The notes: a model not told the origin generated them from the sequence alone. 64,000 bases of DNA from Burkholderiales bacterium (GCA_035275265.1 DATENC010000029.1:65955-129954), one strand, 5' to 3'. Counted from the first letter of the stretch, positions 30,184 through 40,766 are shown. Translations and numbers: made by a program.

Positions 30184-32862
30184 TCAACGCGTCTCGTCCT
30201 CACCCGGGTCCGCAGGCCGTTCTGAGTCATTCCCGTCCGGATCGGCGTTCGCATTTGTGGAGGGTTCGGAGCCAGGGTCGGAGCCAGGTTCCGCGTCCGG
30301 ATTCGAGTCCTGTTCGGGTCCAATATCGTCATCCTTGTCGACGATTTTCTGCAGGCCGGCGAGTTTTTCTTCCGGACCTAGGTTGATAAGTGTCACGCCC
30401 TGCGTGGAGCGGCTCATTTCGCGTATTTCCTTGACCCTGGTGCGGATCAGAACGCCACCGGTGGTAATAAGCATGATCTCGTCACTTTCCTCGACCAGCG
30501 TGGCCGCCACCACGTTGCCGTTGCGGGCGCTGGTCTGAATCGCAATCATCCCTTGCGTGCCGCGGCCGTGGCGGGTGTACTCCGCGATCGGGGTGCGCTT
30601 GCCGTAGCCGTTCTCCGTGGCGGTGAACACCGACACGGTCTCGTTGTCTGCAACCAGCAGTGAGATGACTTTCTGGCCGCCCGACAGCTTCATTCCGCGC
30701 ACACCGCGTGCCACGCGCCCCATCGGCCGCACGTCCTGCTCGTCGAAACGCACAGCCTTGCCGGCGTCGGAGAACAACATGATGTCGTGCCGGCCTTCCG
30801 TGAGTGCAACGCCGATCAGGTAGTCCCCCTCTTCCAGATCCACTGCGATGATTCCGGACGGGCGCGGACGCGAAAAATCAGAAAGCGGCGTCTTCTTGAC
30901 CGTGCCGTTGGACGTGGCCATGAAAACATACTTGTGCTCGTCGAACTCCTTGACCGGCAGGATCGCCGTTATCTTTTCGCCGTCGACTAGCGGCAGCAGG
31001 TTGACGATCGGTTTCCCCCTGCTGGTGCGTCCGCCCTGCGGCACGTTGTAGACCTTGATCCAGTACAGTCGCCCGCGATTGGAGAAACACAGCACGTAGT
31101 CGTGGGTATTGGCAATGAAAAGGTTGTCGATGAAATCGTCTTCCTTGGTCGCCGTGGCCTGCTTGCCACGGCCGCCACGCTTCTGCGCCCGGTAGTCTGC
31201 GAGCGGCTGGGCTTTCACGTAGCCTGTGTGAGACAACGTCACCACCACGTCCTCCGCCGCGATCAGGTCCTCCATGCTCAGATCCTGGGCATCCATCACG
31301 ATCTCGCTGCGGCGTTCGTCTCCGAACTGGCTCCGGGTTTGTGCGAGCTCGTCGGCGATGATCCTGGTGATGCGCTCTGGTTTGGCAAGGATGTCGATCA
31401 GGTCGGCAATGTTGTCCATGACCTCCCTGTACTCGTTGGCGATCTTCTCCCGCTCCAGTCCGGTGAGGCGTTGCAACTGCATTTCCAGGATTCGCTGCGC
31501 CTGCAGCTCGGAGAGGCGGTAGCCGTTGGACTGCAAACCATAGTCGCGTCCCATCCCTTCCGGGCGGGAAGCGGAGACCTCTACGCCTGCCAGCATGTCC
31601 TCCACCAGTTGCGAGCGCCAAACGCGTGACATCAACTCGCGCTTGGCTTCAGCCGGCGCGGGCGCGGCCTTGATGAGCGCGATGATCTCATCGACGTTGG
31701 AAAGGGCCACTGCCAGCCCCTCCAAGATGTGGCCGCGTTCGCGCGCCTTGCGCAATTCGAACACCGTGCGGCGGGTGACCACTTCGCGACGGTGGCGCAG
31801 AAAGGACTCGAGGATGCCCTTCAGATCGAGCAGGCGGGGCTGGCCGTCGACAAGCGCCACCATATTCATCCAGAACGTGTCCTGCATCTGCGTTTCTTTG
31901 TACAGGTTGTTCAGGATGACTTCGTGGACTTCGCCACGCTTGAGTTCCAGCACCACGCGCATGCCGGATTTGTCGGATTCGTCGCGGATCTCGGACAGTC
32001 CATCGAGGCGCTTGTCGCGCACCAGCTCGCCGATCTTGATCAGCAGCGCCGATTTGTTGACCTGATATGGCAGCTCATCGATGACAATGGCTTGACGATT
32101 GCCCTTTTCCAGTTCCTCGATGTGCGTGCGTGCGCGGATTACCACGCGGCCGCGGCCGGTGCGGTAACCTTCCTTGACCCCCGCGGTGCCATAAATAATT
32201 CCACGAGTCGGAAAATCCGGTCCCGGTATGATCTCCATTAGCTCGTCGATGCTGATTTCCGGCCGATCCAGGATTGCCTGGCAGGCATCGGCGACCTCGC
32301 GCAGGCTGTGGGGTGGAACGTTGGTGGCCATTCCCACCGCGATACCCGCAGAGCCGTTGATCAGCAGGTTGGGAATCCGGGTGGGAAGGACGCTGGGTTC
32401 CTGCTCCTTGCCGTCGTAGTTCGGAACGAAATCGACGGTTTCTTTGTCTATGTCGGCCAACAGTTCGGAGGCGATCTTCTCGAGGCGGCACTCGGTATAG
32501 CGGTAAGCCGCCGCCGAATCGCCATCGACTGATCCGAAGTTGCCCTGTCCGTCCACCAGGGTGTAACGCATCGAGAAGTCCTGCGCCATGCGCACCAATG
32601 CTTCGTAGGTTGCGCTATCGCCGTGTGGGTGATACTTGCCGAGGACATCGCCGACCACGCGCGCGCATTTCACATAGGGTCGGTTCCAGACGTTGTTGGC
32701 CTCGTGCATCGCGAACAGAATGCGACGGTGCACCGGTTTGAGGCCGTCTCTTACATCTGGTAGCGCGCGCCCCACGATCACGCTCATTGCGTAGTCGAGA
32801 TAGGAGCGGCGCATCTCCTCTTCGAGGCTGATGGGAAGCGTTTCTTTGGCGAATTGATCCAT
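30184..32862 (-). CDS. gyrA: DNA gyrase subunit A
   Basis: A QRDR-like [17 protein letters not shown], the active-site region AAAYRYTE, the C-terminal beta-pinwheel, and a long acidic Pro/Asp/Glu tail. Confidence 0.98.
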   Translation of the reverse strand: MDQFAKETLPISLEEEMRRSYLDYAMSVIVGRALPDVRDGLKPVHRRILFAMHEANNVWNRPYVKCARVVGDVLGKYHPHGDSATYEALVRMAQDFSMRYTLVDGQGNFGSVDGDSAAAYRYTECRLEKIASELLADIDKETVDFVPNYDGKEQEPSVLPTRIPNLLINGSAGIAVGMATNVPPHSLREVADACQAILDRPEISIDELMEIIPGPDFPTRGIIYGTAGVKEGYRTGRGRVVIRARTHIEELEKGNRQAIVIDELPYQVNKSALLIKIGELVRDKRLDGLSEIRDESDKSGMRVVLELKRGEVHEVILNNLYKETQMQDTFWMNMVALVDGQPRLLDLKGILESFLRHRREVVTRRTVFELRKARERGHILEGLAVALSNVDEIIALIKAAPAPAEAKRELMSRVWRSQLVEDMLAGVEVSASRPEGMGRDYGLQSNGYRLSELQAQRILEMQLQRLTGLEREKIANEYREVMDNIADLIDILAKPERITRIIADELAQTRSQFGDERRSEIVMDAQDLSMEDLIAAEDVVVTLSHTGYVKAQPLADYRAQKRGGRGKQATATKEDDFIDNLFIANTHDYVLCFSNRGRLYWIKVYNVPQGGRTSRGKPIVNLLPLVDGEKITAILPVKEFDEHKYVFMATSNGTVKKTPLSDFSRPRPSGIIAVDLEEGDYLIGVALTEGRHDIMLFSDAGKAVRFDEQDVRPMGRVARGVRGMKLSGGQKVISLLVADNETVSVFTATENGYGKRTPIAEYTRHGRGTQGMIAIQTSARNGNVVAATLVEESDEIMLITTGGVLIRTRVKEIREMSRSTQGVTLINLGPEEKLAGLQKIVDKDDDIGPEQDSNPDAEPGSDPGSEPSTNANADPDGNDSERPADPGEDETR

Positions 32863-33200
32863 CAGGAAAGGTCAGTTTTCTTGTTGCAAACAGTCACGCA
32901 CCTGTCCCGCTCGACCCGATAGACTTGCCGGGACATTTTGGCGGGATGGCTCGCCGGGAAGGCCTTGATTCGGTCCAGCGGAAGCCGTGCATTTTATCAT
33001 GGCGCTTCTCTCCGAGACATTGTCCGTCGCGCCTTTTTGTATGACGCTCGGGGGACTATCCGCCTTATGGCAATGGGGTGATGCATATGCCTCGGCCGCG
33101 CGCGCGGGACTTATGCAAAGCTTCGCTAGGCGTTGTTAAGGGACCCGGGAATGGGCAATAATGCACGCGACCTTGACCAGCATGATCAGGAGAACCCGAA

Positions 33201-34424
33201 ATGCGACCCAAGACCAATCGACTGTTGATGGTGCTAATCGGCGCAATGCTTGCGGGCTGCGCCAGCCAGACCGAGCGCAGCAGTTCTGGCGGCGGCGCGG
33301 AGCAAGCGCAGGCACCGGCGCCAGCTCCGATCCCGGAGCCAGCGTATGAACCGAAGGGCGAAAGTGTCCAGATCGTGGATCGGCCGCTAGAGGAAACACC
33401 GCCTCCGCCTCCGCCGCCCGTTGCAAAAGCGCCCGAACAACCCCTTCCAGATTTTCCGATAACCACCTATGAAGTCGAGCCCGAAGAAGAAGTGGGAGAC
33501 CTCGGTACGCAACCGGACGAGTCGGGCACTGAGCAGTACGCCGAAGAAGACCTCGCCGCCAAGGAAAGTGTGATAGGCGAACCGACTGAGGTTGGCGACG
33601 AAGAGGAAGAAGAAGTAGCCGACCTTGGCCCCCAAGAGGACGAGTCCGGCACGGAACAGTACCCGGAAGAGGACCTCGCCGCCAAGGACAGTGTGGTGAG
33701 CGAGCCGACCGAGGTTCTCGATGAAGAGGAAGAAGAAGTAGCCGACCTCGGCCCCCAAGAGGACGAGTCCGGCACGATGGAGTCCCCGGAGGAAGACCTC
33801 GTCGCCAGGGAAAGTATGGTTGGTGAACCGACGGAGGTGGCCGAAGAACCAGAAGAGGAAGTCGCCGATCTGGGGCCGCAGCCCGACGAGTCGGGGACTG
33901 TGACTTACCCCGAGCAGCAACTCGCCGCTGCCGACAAGGTGATCGGGGAGCCGACACAATACGCCGACGAGCCTGTGACCGCGCCAGCGCCCGTAGCTGC
34001 GCCGGCCCCAGAGCGTGCGCCTGTGCCTGTGGCCAAGGCCCCGGTGAGAGTCAGCTTCGAAGCAGAACCTCTGTTCAGTTTCGACAAGGCCATTATTCGC
34101 GGCGACCAGCGCAGCAAGCTCGACGAATTTGTCGCCAGCCTGAAGGGAACGAAATACGACTCGATCGATGTCTTCGGGCACGCCGACCGCATTGGCTCCA
34201 CGACATACAATTCGAATCTGTCACAACGCCGCGCCAATGCCGTGAAAGCCTATCTGGTGCGTCAGGGCATCCCCGCCGGCAAGATCAATGCCGAGGGTCG
34301 GGGCGAATCGGAGCCGGTAACGGGCGATAACTGCAGCGGCCAGCGTGGCAAGGCGTTGATTGCGTGCCTGGAGCCGGACCGCCGGGTGGATGTCAGCGTC
34401 ACTGCGACCAAGCCAGCCAACTGA
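33201..34424 (+). CDS. OmpA-family lipoprotein with acidic tandem-repeat linker
   Basis: Lipobox LAGC at residues 17-20 and AGGAGA upstream. The C-terminal OmpA_C domain contains GHADRIGSTTYNSNLSQRRANAV. Confidence 0.9.
   Translation: MRPKTNRLLMVLIGAMLAGCASQTERSSSGGGAEQAQAPAPAPIPEPAYEPKGESVQIVDRPLEETPPPPPPPVAKAPEQPLPDFPITTYEVEPEEEVGDLGTQPDESGTEQYAEEDLAAKESVIGEPTEVGDEEEEEVADLGPQEDESGTEQYPEEDLAAKDSVVSEPTEVLDEEEEEVADLGPQEDESGTMESPEEDLVARESMVGEPTEVAEEPEEEVADLGPQPDESGTVTYPEQQLAAADKVIGEPTQYADEPVTAPAPVAAPAPERAPVPVAKAPVRVSFEAEPLFSFDKAIIRGDQRSKLDEFVASLKGTKYDSIDVFGHADRIGSTTYNSNLSQRRANAVKAYLVRQGIPAGKINAEGRGESEPVTGDNCSGQRGKALIACLEPDRRVDVSVTATKPAN
33483..33974 (+). repeat. four tandem 123-bp (41-codon) coding repeats
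   Basis: The unit EEEVADLGPQEDESGTEQYPEEDLAAKDSVVSEPTEVLDEE occurs four times. The two middle copies are nearly identical and the outer ones are diverged. Confidence 0.85.
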
Positions 34425-34452
34425 CAAGGCGGATTGCTTACAAGCGAGTGAA

Positions 34453-34479
34453 AGCCCTGCGAATGCAGGGCTTTTTTTT
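34453..34479 (+). terminator. intrinsic terminator downstream of the OmpA-family gene
   Basis: Stem AGCCCTGC / GCAGGGCT with loop GAAT, followed by a run of eight T. Confidence 0.8.
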
Positions 34480-34488
34480 GGAGCGTCC

Positions 34489-35826
34489 ATGGCGCAAATG
34501 AACACTTCCTTTTCTGCTGACACAGTGATCGAGGCGCACTGGATCATCCCGGTGGAGCCGCGCGGCGTCGTCCTCGACGACCATGCCGTGGCGATCACCG
34601 GCGACCGCATTGCCGCGGTATTGCCGCGCGCGGAAATGCGCAAGTTATGCAAGGCGAACCGTACCCTTGATCTTTCCACGCACGCGCTGATTCCGGGGCT
34701 GGTGAATCTTCATACGCACGCGGCAATGACGCTGATGCGTGGACTGGCCGATGATCAGCGACTGATGGATTGGTTGGAAAAACACATCTGGCCTGCAGAG
34801 GGCCGGCACGTATCGGCGCAGTTCGTGTACGACGGAACCTTGCTTGCCTGTGCCGAGATGCTGCGCGGCGGCGTCACTTGCTTTAACGACATGTATTTTT
34901 TTCCGGAGATGGCCGGACGTGCTGCATTGGATGCCGGCATCCGTGGCGTTCTGGGGATCGTGCTTATCGAATTTCCGACAGCGTACGCCAGCGACGCGCA
35001 GGATTACCTGCGCAAGGGACTGGCGATGCGTGACGAACTCAAGAGCGAGCCCTTGTTGTCGTTCTGCATGGCGCCGCATGCCCCTTACACGGTCAGTGAC
35101 AGAAGCTTTGAGCAAATCCTAACGCTTTCGGAGCAGCTTCAGATCCCTATCAACACGCACCTGCACGAAACGCGCGACGAAATCCACGAAAGTGTGAAGA
35201 AGTTCGGAATGCGGCCAATTGGCCGGCTGGTGAAGTTGGGTTTGATAAGCCCCAGCTTCATCGCCGTTCATGCCGTCCACCTCGACCCGGCGGAGATTGC
35301 TATGCTGGCGCAGCTTGGCGCCTCGGTTGCGCACTGCCCGTCTTCCAACCTCAAGCTTGCCAGCGGCATAGCGCCGGTAGGCGCCATGCTCGCGGCGGGT
35401 ATTAATGCCGGCCTCGGAACCGACAGCGCGGCAAGCAACAACCGGCTCGACGTGCTCTCCGAAATGCGGCTTGCGGCGCTGCTGGCCAAGGCAGCGGGCG
35501 ATGACGCGGAAATGCTGCCCGCTCATGTCGCGTTGCGAATGGCTACACTCAACGCAGCCACCGCGCTGGGCCTGGAACGGAAGATCGGGTCCGTGGAGAC
35601 AGGCAAGTGCGCGGATTTGTGCGCGGTGAACTTGGCGTCGCTCGAGTTGTCTCCTTGCTATGATCCGGTCTCGCATCTGGTTTACGCCGCCGGCAGGGAG
35701 CATGTCAGCCACGTGTGGGTAGGCGGCAAGCTGCTGGTCGAGGAAGGCCGTCTGCTGCAAGTTGACGAGAACGCCATTGCGCGCAAGGCAAGCGAATGGC
35801 GGTCGCGTATAGCGGCGCCAAACTGA
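34489..35826 (+). CDS. amidohydrolase of the TRZ/ATZ / MTA-SAH deaminase (MtaD-like) family
   Basis: The metal-binding NLHTHAAMT motif. Internal ATG at 34489. Sitting upstream of ubiG matches an arrangement I recall from betaproteobacteria. Confidence 0.85.
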   Translation: MAQMNTSFSADTVIEAHWIIPVEPRGVVLDDHAVAITGDRIAAVLPRAEMRKLCKANRTLDLSTHALIPGLVNLHTHAAMTLMRGLADDQRLMDWLEKHIWPAEGRHVSAQFVYDGTLLACAEMLRGGVTCFNDMYFFPEMAGRAALDAGIRGVLGIVLIEFPTAYASDAQDYLRKGLAMRDELKSEPLLSFCMAPHAPYTVSDRSFEQILTLSEQLQIPINTHLHETRDEIHESVKKFGMRPIGRLVKLGLISPSFIAVHAVHLDPAEIAMLAQLGASVAHCPSSNLKLASGIAPVGAMLAAGINAGLGTDSAASNNRLDVLSEMRLAALLAKAAGDDAEMLPAHVALRMATLNAATALGLERKIGSVETGKCADLCAVNLASLELSPCYDPVSHLVYAAGREHVSHVWVGGKLLVEEGRLLQVDENAIARKASEWRSRIAAPN

Positions 35827-35843
35827 ATGGGACATCAGCCGGG

Positions 35844-36539
35844 ATGATCAACGTCGATCCATTCGAACTCGAAAAGTTCAGCCAGCTCGCCCATCGCTGG
35901 TGGGATCCAACCAGCGAGTTCAAGCCACTGCACGACATCAACCCGTTGCGGCTGGAATACCTCGATCGGATCGCGAATCTGCGGGGAAAGAAAGTCCTCG
36001 ATGTAGGCTGCGGCGGAGGTCTGCTGTCGGAAGCGATGGCGGCGCGGGGAGCAAAGGTGACCGGCATCGACATGGGCGACCAACCCTTGAAAGTGGCGCA
36101 ACTGCACCTCTTGGAGAGCAAGCTCGAAGTGGAATACCGCAAGGTGGAGGTCGAGCAGCTTGCCAGGGATCAGCCGCACCACTATGACGTGGTCACCTGC
36201 ATGGAGATGCTGGAACACGTGCCCGACCCCGCGAGTACCGTAACTGCATGCGCGGGCCTGCTGGCGCCAGGCGGCTGGTGCTTTTTTTCCACTATCAATC
36301 GCAATCCGAAGGCGTACCTGTTCGCGATCGTCGGCGCGGAGTACATCCTGAAATTGCTGCCGCGAGGCACACACGACTATTCCCGGTTTATCACCCCGGC
36401 AGAACTGGGCCGATTTTGCCGCGGCGCGAGACTCACACCACAACGCGTGACCGGAATGATCTACAACCCGTTCACCCGGGTCTATTCGCTCGGCACGGAC
36501 AGTTCGGTGAATTACTTCCTCAGCGCGCAGGCGGTCTGA
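35844..36539 (+). CDS. ubiG: bifunctional 3-demethylubiquinol / 2-polyprenyl-6-hydroxyphenol O-methyltransferase UbiG
   Basis: SAM motif VLDVGCGGGLLSE and the N-terminal FSQLAHRWWDP typical of UbiG. 231 aa. Confidence 0.92.
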   Translation: MINVDPFELEKFSQLAHRWWDPTSEFKPLHDINPLRLEYLDRIANLRGKKVLDVGCGGGLLSEAMAARGAKVTGIDMGDQPLKVAQLHLLESKLEVEYRKVEVEQLARDQPHHYDVVTCMEMLEHVPDPASTVTACAGLLAPGGWCFFSTINRNPKAYLFAIVGAEYILKLLPRGTHDYSRFITPAELGRFCRGARLTPQRVTGMIYNPFTRVYSLGTDSSVNYFLSAQAV

Positions 36540-36618
36540 CGCCGCCACAAAATACGCTCGTGCTGCGTCGCCGGTAGTTTAGTGACTTGCTGTTTGAATG
36601 ATACCCAAGGAGGATTGA

Positions 36619-37206
36619 ATGATGAAGACAAGACTCTGGTACGTAGTGGCGGTATTCGGGGTGGTGGCCACGATTCTGGGGTGCGCGCTCCAGCCGCAGA
36701 ATCTGCGCATAGATCCACCGGTGAAAGTGACTGAATCCGCCATCGGCAACAGCAAGATCATCGGTCTCGAGGTATCCGACGCGCGTACGGACAAGAAGCT
36801 TGGCGAAGTCGGCGATCCGAACACCAAGATGGTGGATGTCTCGGTGGAAGAGGACCCGAGCCCGGCGGTATATGAACGCCTGCAGGAGGCCCTCGGCAAA
36901 CTCGGTTTCTCGGTGGCTCCGCACAGCGATGCGACGGAACGCACGTTGCAGGTGCAGATTCGAAGTCTCGAATTGAAGTCCGTAAAGACACCATTCACTT
37001 TCGAAACCGAATTGCGGGCGGCACTAGGCGCCCACGCGGCAAACGGTCCCGAATATTATGACCGCCAGTTCAACGTCCGAACCCGTAGGGATGGCGCGGC
37101 ACCACCCTTCGAAAAGGACAGCAACTTGCTGGTGAACACGGCAGTTTCGCAGGCTCTGGAAGACATGCTGGCCGACGATCAGTTGCTGGAACTGCTCGCC
37201 AAATAG
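36619..37206 (+). CDS. yajG: YajG-family lipoprotein
   Basis: Signal peptide with lipobox ILGC. Its ~190-aa size and layout are collinear with E. coli YajG as recalled. Confidence 0.7.
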   Translation: MMKTRLWYVVAVFGVVATILGCALQPQNLRIDPPVKVTESAIGNSKIIGLEVSDARTDKKLGEVGDPNTKMVDVSVEEDPSPAVYERLQEALGKLGFSVAPHSDATERTLQVQIRSLELKSVKTPFTFETELRAALGAHAANGPEYYDRQFNVRTRRDGAAPPFEKDSNLLVNTAVSQALEDMLADDQLLELLAK

Positions 37207-37221
37207 GATTCGGAAAATTTG

Positions 37222-37914
37222 ATGTCGGTATCTGTGAACGCGCCGGGACGTGGCGTGCTTTTCGACCTCGACGGCACGCTGGCGGATACCGCTCCGGACC
37301 TGGGTTATGCGCTGAATCAACAACGCCTCGCCCGCGACATGCCTGAATTGCCAATAGAGGCGGTGAGGTCGCTGGCTTCTTCCGGCGCGCGAGGGCTGTT
37401 GAAAATCGGCTTCGGCATCGAACCGGGTCAAAGCGGCTACGAAGTCTTGCGCGACGAATTCTTGGACATTTACGAAGAAAATCTGGCACGCAACAGCCGA
37501 TTGTTTCCGGGTATCTCCGCGCTTCTGGAACAAATCGAACAGCGTGGATTGCGCTGGGGCATTGTCACCAACAAGTCGGAACGATTCACTTTCCCCCTGC
37601 TGCGTGCGCTGGCCCTGATCGAGCGCGCTGCATGCGTCATCTGCGGCGATACGACACCGAATCCGAAACCCCATCCGGCGCCTCTGCTTGCAGCGGCGAA
37701 AAAGCTCGGTATTCCAGCGCCGCAATGCATTTATGTCGGCGACGATGTGCGGGATGTACAAGCTGGTCACGCGGCGGGAATGCCTGTGGTGGTTGCGCGC
37801 TACGGTTATCTCGGCAATGGAGCACCCCCGGAGGAATGGGGTGCGGACGGCTTCGTTGACTCCCCCGCGGACCTGCTGGATGTTCTCTTCGGTGGAGTCG
37901 TACGACCTATCTGA
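37222..37914 (+). CDS. gph: phosphoglycolate phosphatase (HAD superfamily)
   Basis: HAD motif I FDLDGTLADT, motif TNK, and GDDVRD. It sits in the conserved ubiG-gph neighbourhood. Confidence 0.85.
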   Translation: MSVSVNAPGRGVLFDLDGTLADTAPDLGYALNQQRLARDMPELPIEAVRSLASSGARGLLKIGFGIEPGQSGYEVLRDEFLDIYEENLARNSRLFPGISALLEQIEQRGLRWGIVTNKSERFTFPLLRALALIERAACVICGDTTPNPKPHPAPLLAAAKKLGIPAPQCIYVGDDVRDVQAGHAAGMPVVVARYGYLGNGAPPEEWGADGFVDSPADLLDVLFGGVVRPI

Positions 37915-37973
37915 TAGAATAGATCACGCTCCGCTTGAAACATTCCGGAGCCGTCACTATCTATGGTTCATAT

Positions 37974-38337
37974 GGGGGCGACCTGGTCTCGACGTGGGTC
38001 GCGAAGCAGCGCAGTGCATACCAAGGCCCAGTTACCTTGTTAATACAGCTGGAAAACGTATAGTCGCTAACGACGAACGTTACGCTCTAGCCGCCTAAAC
38101 CCGGCTGGACTCCGCACCGGTTCTCTCACGGGCCGGGCTGGGCAACCAGCAGCGGAGCCATATACGTGAGATCGTGCTGCTGTGGGTCACTTATTGCAGC
38201 ATTAAATCCAAGGTGACTCGCCGCTTCCCAGCCTGTCGGCCGGCGTGGAAGTGGTTAGATCAAATGACCTGACTAAGTATGTAGGACTGCCTGTAGAGGG
38301 CTTGCGGACGCGGGTTCGATTCCCGCCGCCTCCACCA
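37974..38337 (+). ncRNA. ssrA: tmRNA (SsrA)
   Basis: The 5' GGGGGCG pairs with the 3' CGCCUCC-ACCA. There is a tRNA-like T arm (GGGTTCGATTCCC). The tag reading frame GCTAACGACGAACGTTACGCTCTAGCCGCCTAA encodes ANDERYALAA followed by a stop. Confidence 0.95.
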
Positions 38338-38342
38338 AATTG

Positions 38343-38370
38343 AAAAGCCGGCCGAGTGCGCCGGCTTTTC
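38343..38370 (+). terminator. intrinsic terminator downstream of ssrA
   Basis: Stem AAAAGCCGGC / GCCGGCTTTT around a 7-nt loop, with a T-run. Confidence 0.8.
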
Positions 38371-38487
38371 AATTTGTGAGTTGCGGTTGATCTGTGGAGG
38401 TCATCGGGTTGGACGCCGATCACCAGTTAACGCTGCAGCAGTCCTAGCCGCATGCGATCAGAAGTCCTTGAAGCGCGGTAACACACT

Positions 38488-39408
38488 CTACTGCTGACGT
38501 GCGGCCGCTTGCTTGTTCTCATAATGCGCCGCCACTTTTTCCTGTAGTTTCGGGACTGCTGCAAGCCCCGCCCTTTCGCCCTCGATGATGGCATAGTTGC
38601 GCGAGTCGAAGTTGGTCGAATTCAGGTTGGTGATGTCGGGAACCACTACGATATCGGCGTGCGTGAGTTCCTGGCTGGCGATGCTCCGTTCCATGATGAC
38701 GAAGGTTTGCATCAGTACGTCGATCGTATCCCGAAGTCTGGCAAGCTTCGGCCGGTCCAAAATGTCTACGGCGATAACGATGTCGGCTCCGAGGTCGCGA
38801 GCCGTCTTGACCGGTACAGGGCTCACCAGGCCGCCATCTATGTACTCCCGGCCATTGAATTTGACCGGCTGAAAAATGCCGGGCACGCTGCTAGAAGCGC
38901 GCACCGCCAAACCAGTATCGCCGCGCTCGAAAACAACGAGTTCGCCGGACTGCAAGTCTGTTGCCACAATAGCCAGGGTGCGGTTGAGCTTCTCGATGGG
39001 CCGATTCTGAACCGCGTTGTTGACAAAATTCTGCAGGGATTCACCTTTGATGAATCCGCGGTTCGGCAAGACCCAGTCGCTTACCGTTCCCTCGTCCATT
39101 GACAGCGCCATACGCTGGAGGTCGAATCCGTTGTAACCGCCGGCATAAAGTGCCCCAACCACGCTGCCGGCACTGGTACCAACGATGATGTCGGGCACGA
39201 TCGCATGCGATTCGAGCGCTTTGATGACACCGATATGGGCAAAACCCTTGGCAGCCCCGCCACCTAGCACGAGGGCGATCTTTGGCGGCTTCACCTCCGG
39301 TGAAGTGATTTCCTCTTGGACGGGCTTGAAGACCGGCGGCGAGGGCGTGACCGCACAACCAGCAAACGTCGCAAGCGCCAGAGATATCAGCGCGATTCTA
39401 TATGACAT
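38488..39408 (-). CDS. patatin-like phospholipase (RssA-like), probable lipoprotein
   Basis: The oxyanion motif GGGAAKG, the nucleophile elbow GTSAGS, the DGG catalytic Asp motif, and an N-terminal lipobox FAGC. Confidence 0.88.
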   Translation of the reverse strand: MSYRIALISLALATFAGCAVTPSPPVFKPVQEEITSPEVKPPKIALVLGGGAAKGFAHIGVIKALESHAIVPDIIVGTSAGSVVGALYAGGYNGFDLQRMALSMDEGTVSDWVLPNRGFIKGESLQNFVNNAVQNRPIEKLNRTLAIVATDLQSGELVVFERGDTGLAVRASSSVPGIFQPVKFNGREYIDGGLVSPVPVKTARDLGADIVIAVDILDRPKLARLRDTIDVLMQTFVIMERSIASQELTHADIVVVPDITNLNSTNFDSRNYAIIEGERAGLAAVPKLQEKVAAHYENKQAAARQQ

Positions 39409-39482
39409 CGGTTGGGATTCATGCCGCGAAACAGGCAGAAGGCGGAACGGCGGTCAGCGTGCCTTCTCTCAAGAAGGCAATT

Positions 39483-39956
39483 TCAGCTCCCCGAAATCTG
39501 GGACTGAATGAAATTCTGAATTCCGATTTTCTGGATCAGATCGAGTTGGATTTCGAGCCAGTCGATATGCTCTTCCTCGCTCTCCAGGATTTTTTCGAAA
39601 AGTTCGCGGGATACGTAGTCATTGGAACTTTCGCAATACGCAATCGCCTCGCGCAGTGCCGGATGCGCATCCATCTCGAGTTGCAGGTCGCATTTCAGGC
39701 ATTCCTGCACATTCTCGCCGATCAACAGTTTGCCCAGATCCTGGAGATTCGGTAGTCCCTCGAGGAACAGGATGCGCTCGATCAACTTGTCGGCGTGCTT
39801 CATCTCGTCCACCGACTCCTTGAATTCGTGCTCGTCGAGTTTCTTCAGGCCCCAGTTCTTGAACATGCGGGCATGAAGAAAATACTGGTTGATGGCAGTC
39901 AGTTCGTTGGTGAGAACCTGGTTGAGGTATTTCAGGACCTGCTTGTCGCCCTTCAT
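39483..39956 (-). CDS. bfr: bacterioferritin
   Basis: A 157-aa protein from the internal ATG ([15 protein letters not shown]...), with ferroxidase-centre E/H residues in the conserved spacing. Confidence 0.95.
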   Translation of the reverse strand: MKGDKQVLKYLNQVLTNELTAINQYFLHARMFKNWGLKKLDEHEFKESVDEMKHADKLIERILFLEGLPNLQDLGKLLIGENVQECLKCDLQLEMDAHPALREAIAYCESSNDYVSRELFEKILESEEEHIDWLEIQLDLIQKIGIQNFIQSQISGS

Positions 39957-40053
39957 GCGCGCCCCCTGATGTGCGTTGGTCTCAACGACCACGCATTATA
40001 GGTTGCGCGACACGCAGCCCGAAACAAAAAAACGGAAAACGAAATGAGAGGAA

Positions 40054-40254
40054 TTACGCCGCGCTCAATTGCTGGCGCGGTGTTTCAACGGAGGACAAGG
40101 TTTGGTGAAGCACCTCTTCGGCACAATCGGCGCACCTGCCGCAGCAGCTCGCCACACCCAGACACAAATGCAGTTCGCTCAACGAACGGGCACCGCCATC
40201 CACTGCCTCGCGGATCTGGCTTTCGGTGATGCCATTGCAGAGGCAAACGTACAT
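40054..40254 (-). CDS. bfd: bacterioferritin-associated ferredoxin
   Basis: A 66-aa protein with the MYVCLCNGIT ... CCGRC [2Fe-2S] Cys pattern, located immediately upstream of bfr. Confidence 0.9.
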   Translation of the reverse strand: MYVCLCNGITESQIREAVDGGARSLSELHLCLGVASCCGRCADCAEEVLHQTLSSVETPRQQLSAA

Positions 40255-40302
40255 GGCTGGACTGTGGACGATAGAGTGGGCTAGCGAGATTAAATACTAA
40301 AT

Positions 40303-40321
40303 CACAATGAGAATGATTGTC
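40303..40321. promoter_or_regulatory. Fur-box-like site upstream of bfd-bfr
   Basis: CACAATGAGAATGATTGTC matches the Fur consensus GATAATGATAATCATTATC at 14 of 19 positions by hand alignment. It lies about 50-70 nt upstream of the bfd ATG. Confidence 0.55.
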
Positions 40322-40345
40322 AATAATGAAGCTGAAAACGCAGAT

Positions 40346-40675
40346 CTAGTTCGTCCTTGAATCCGGACATTCTGCACACGATCCCCCTAATCCCAGAAAA
40401 CGCTTCACTGCCTGCATGAGGCAGCTCGATGAGCGTCTGCAGGCGATCACCGGAATGCCCTGCATTTGCGCCTGGTTACGATAGCTTTTCATGGCGTTGT
40501 GATTGAGAAAATCCGTCAATAGAATCAGTAGTTGGGTATCCTTGGGGAGCGCAGCCAGCGAGCGCTGATGGGCCGATGCCCGCCCCGTGATATGGCGTTC
40601 AATGTGGATTCCGAGGTCTGCCAAGGAGTCTGGAATGTTGCCCAGACGGTCTGCCCCAACGACTACAGCGTTCAT
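40346..40675 (-). CDS. DUF2325-like small protein with C-terminal Cys cluster
   Basis: A 109-aa ORF. The family assignment is from memory of DUF2325 sequences. The C-terminal C-x6-C ... C-x2-C pattern is visible (ACRRSSSC ... CAEC). Confidence 0.65.
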   Translation of the reverse strand: MNAVVVGADRLGNIPDSLADLGIHIERHITGRASAHQRSLAALPKDTQLLILLTDFLNHNAMKSYRNQAQMQGIPVIACRRSSSCLMQAVKRFLGLGGSCAECPDSRTN

Positions 40676-40747
40676 TCTTTCCTCCTACGTATCATATTGA
40701 ATTTGCTGACAAACACTTTGGGTGCCAATACGGCGATACAGCGTGAT

Positions 40748-40766
40748 GTAAATGATAATGATTCGC
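40748..40766. promoter_or_regulatory. Fur-box-like site in the divergent DUF2325 / FTR1 promoter region
   Basis: GTAAATGATAATGATTCGC matches the Fur consensus at 14 of 19 positions by hand alignment. Confidence 0.6.

Noticed and set aside
30184-30340. The low-complexity GSEP/GSDP-encoding repeat at the gyrA 3' end, and the long serC ORF extension ([14 protein letters not shown]...).
   Set aside because: An acidic C-terminal tail is a known GyrA feature, here simply longer. The serC extension is its antisense, and an SD-preceded GTG at 30140 gives a canonical 360-aa SerC.
33136-33957. A 273-aa Pro/Arg-rich minus-strand ORF, and consideration of the repeat region as a CRISPR-like or non-coding array.
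   Set aside because: The periodicity is 123 bp with no spacer/repeat alternation. It lies in frame within the OmpA-family lipoprotein, and the minus-strand ORF is its antisense shadow.
37688-38098. A 136-aa ORF ending ...ANDERYALAA, and the antisense ORF 38202-38423.
   Set aside because: This region is the tmRNA. Only the short tag frame is decoded, by trans-translation, so it is not a protein gene.
37974-39408. The possibility that ssrA marks a genomic-island insertion, since tmRNA genes are common integration sites.
   Set aside because: There is no integrase, no duplicated ssrA 3' end and no obvious composition shift downstream. The next genes (patatin-like lipase, bfr, bfd) look chromosomal.
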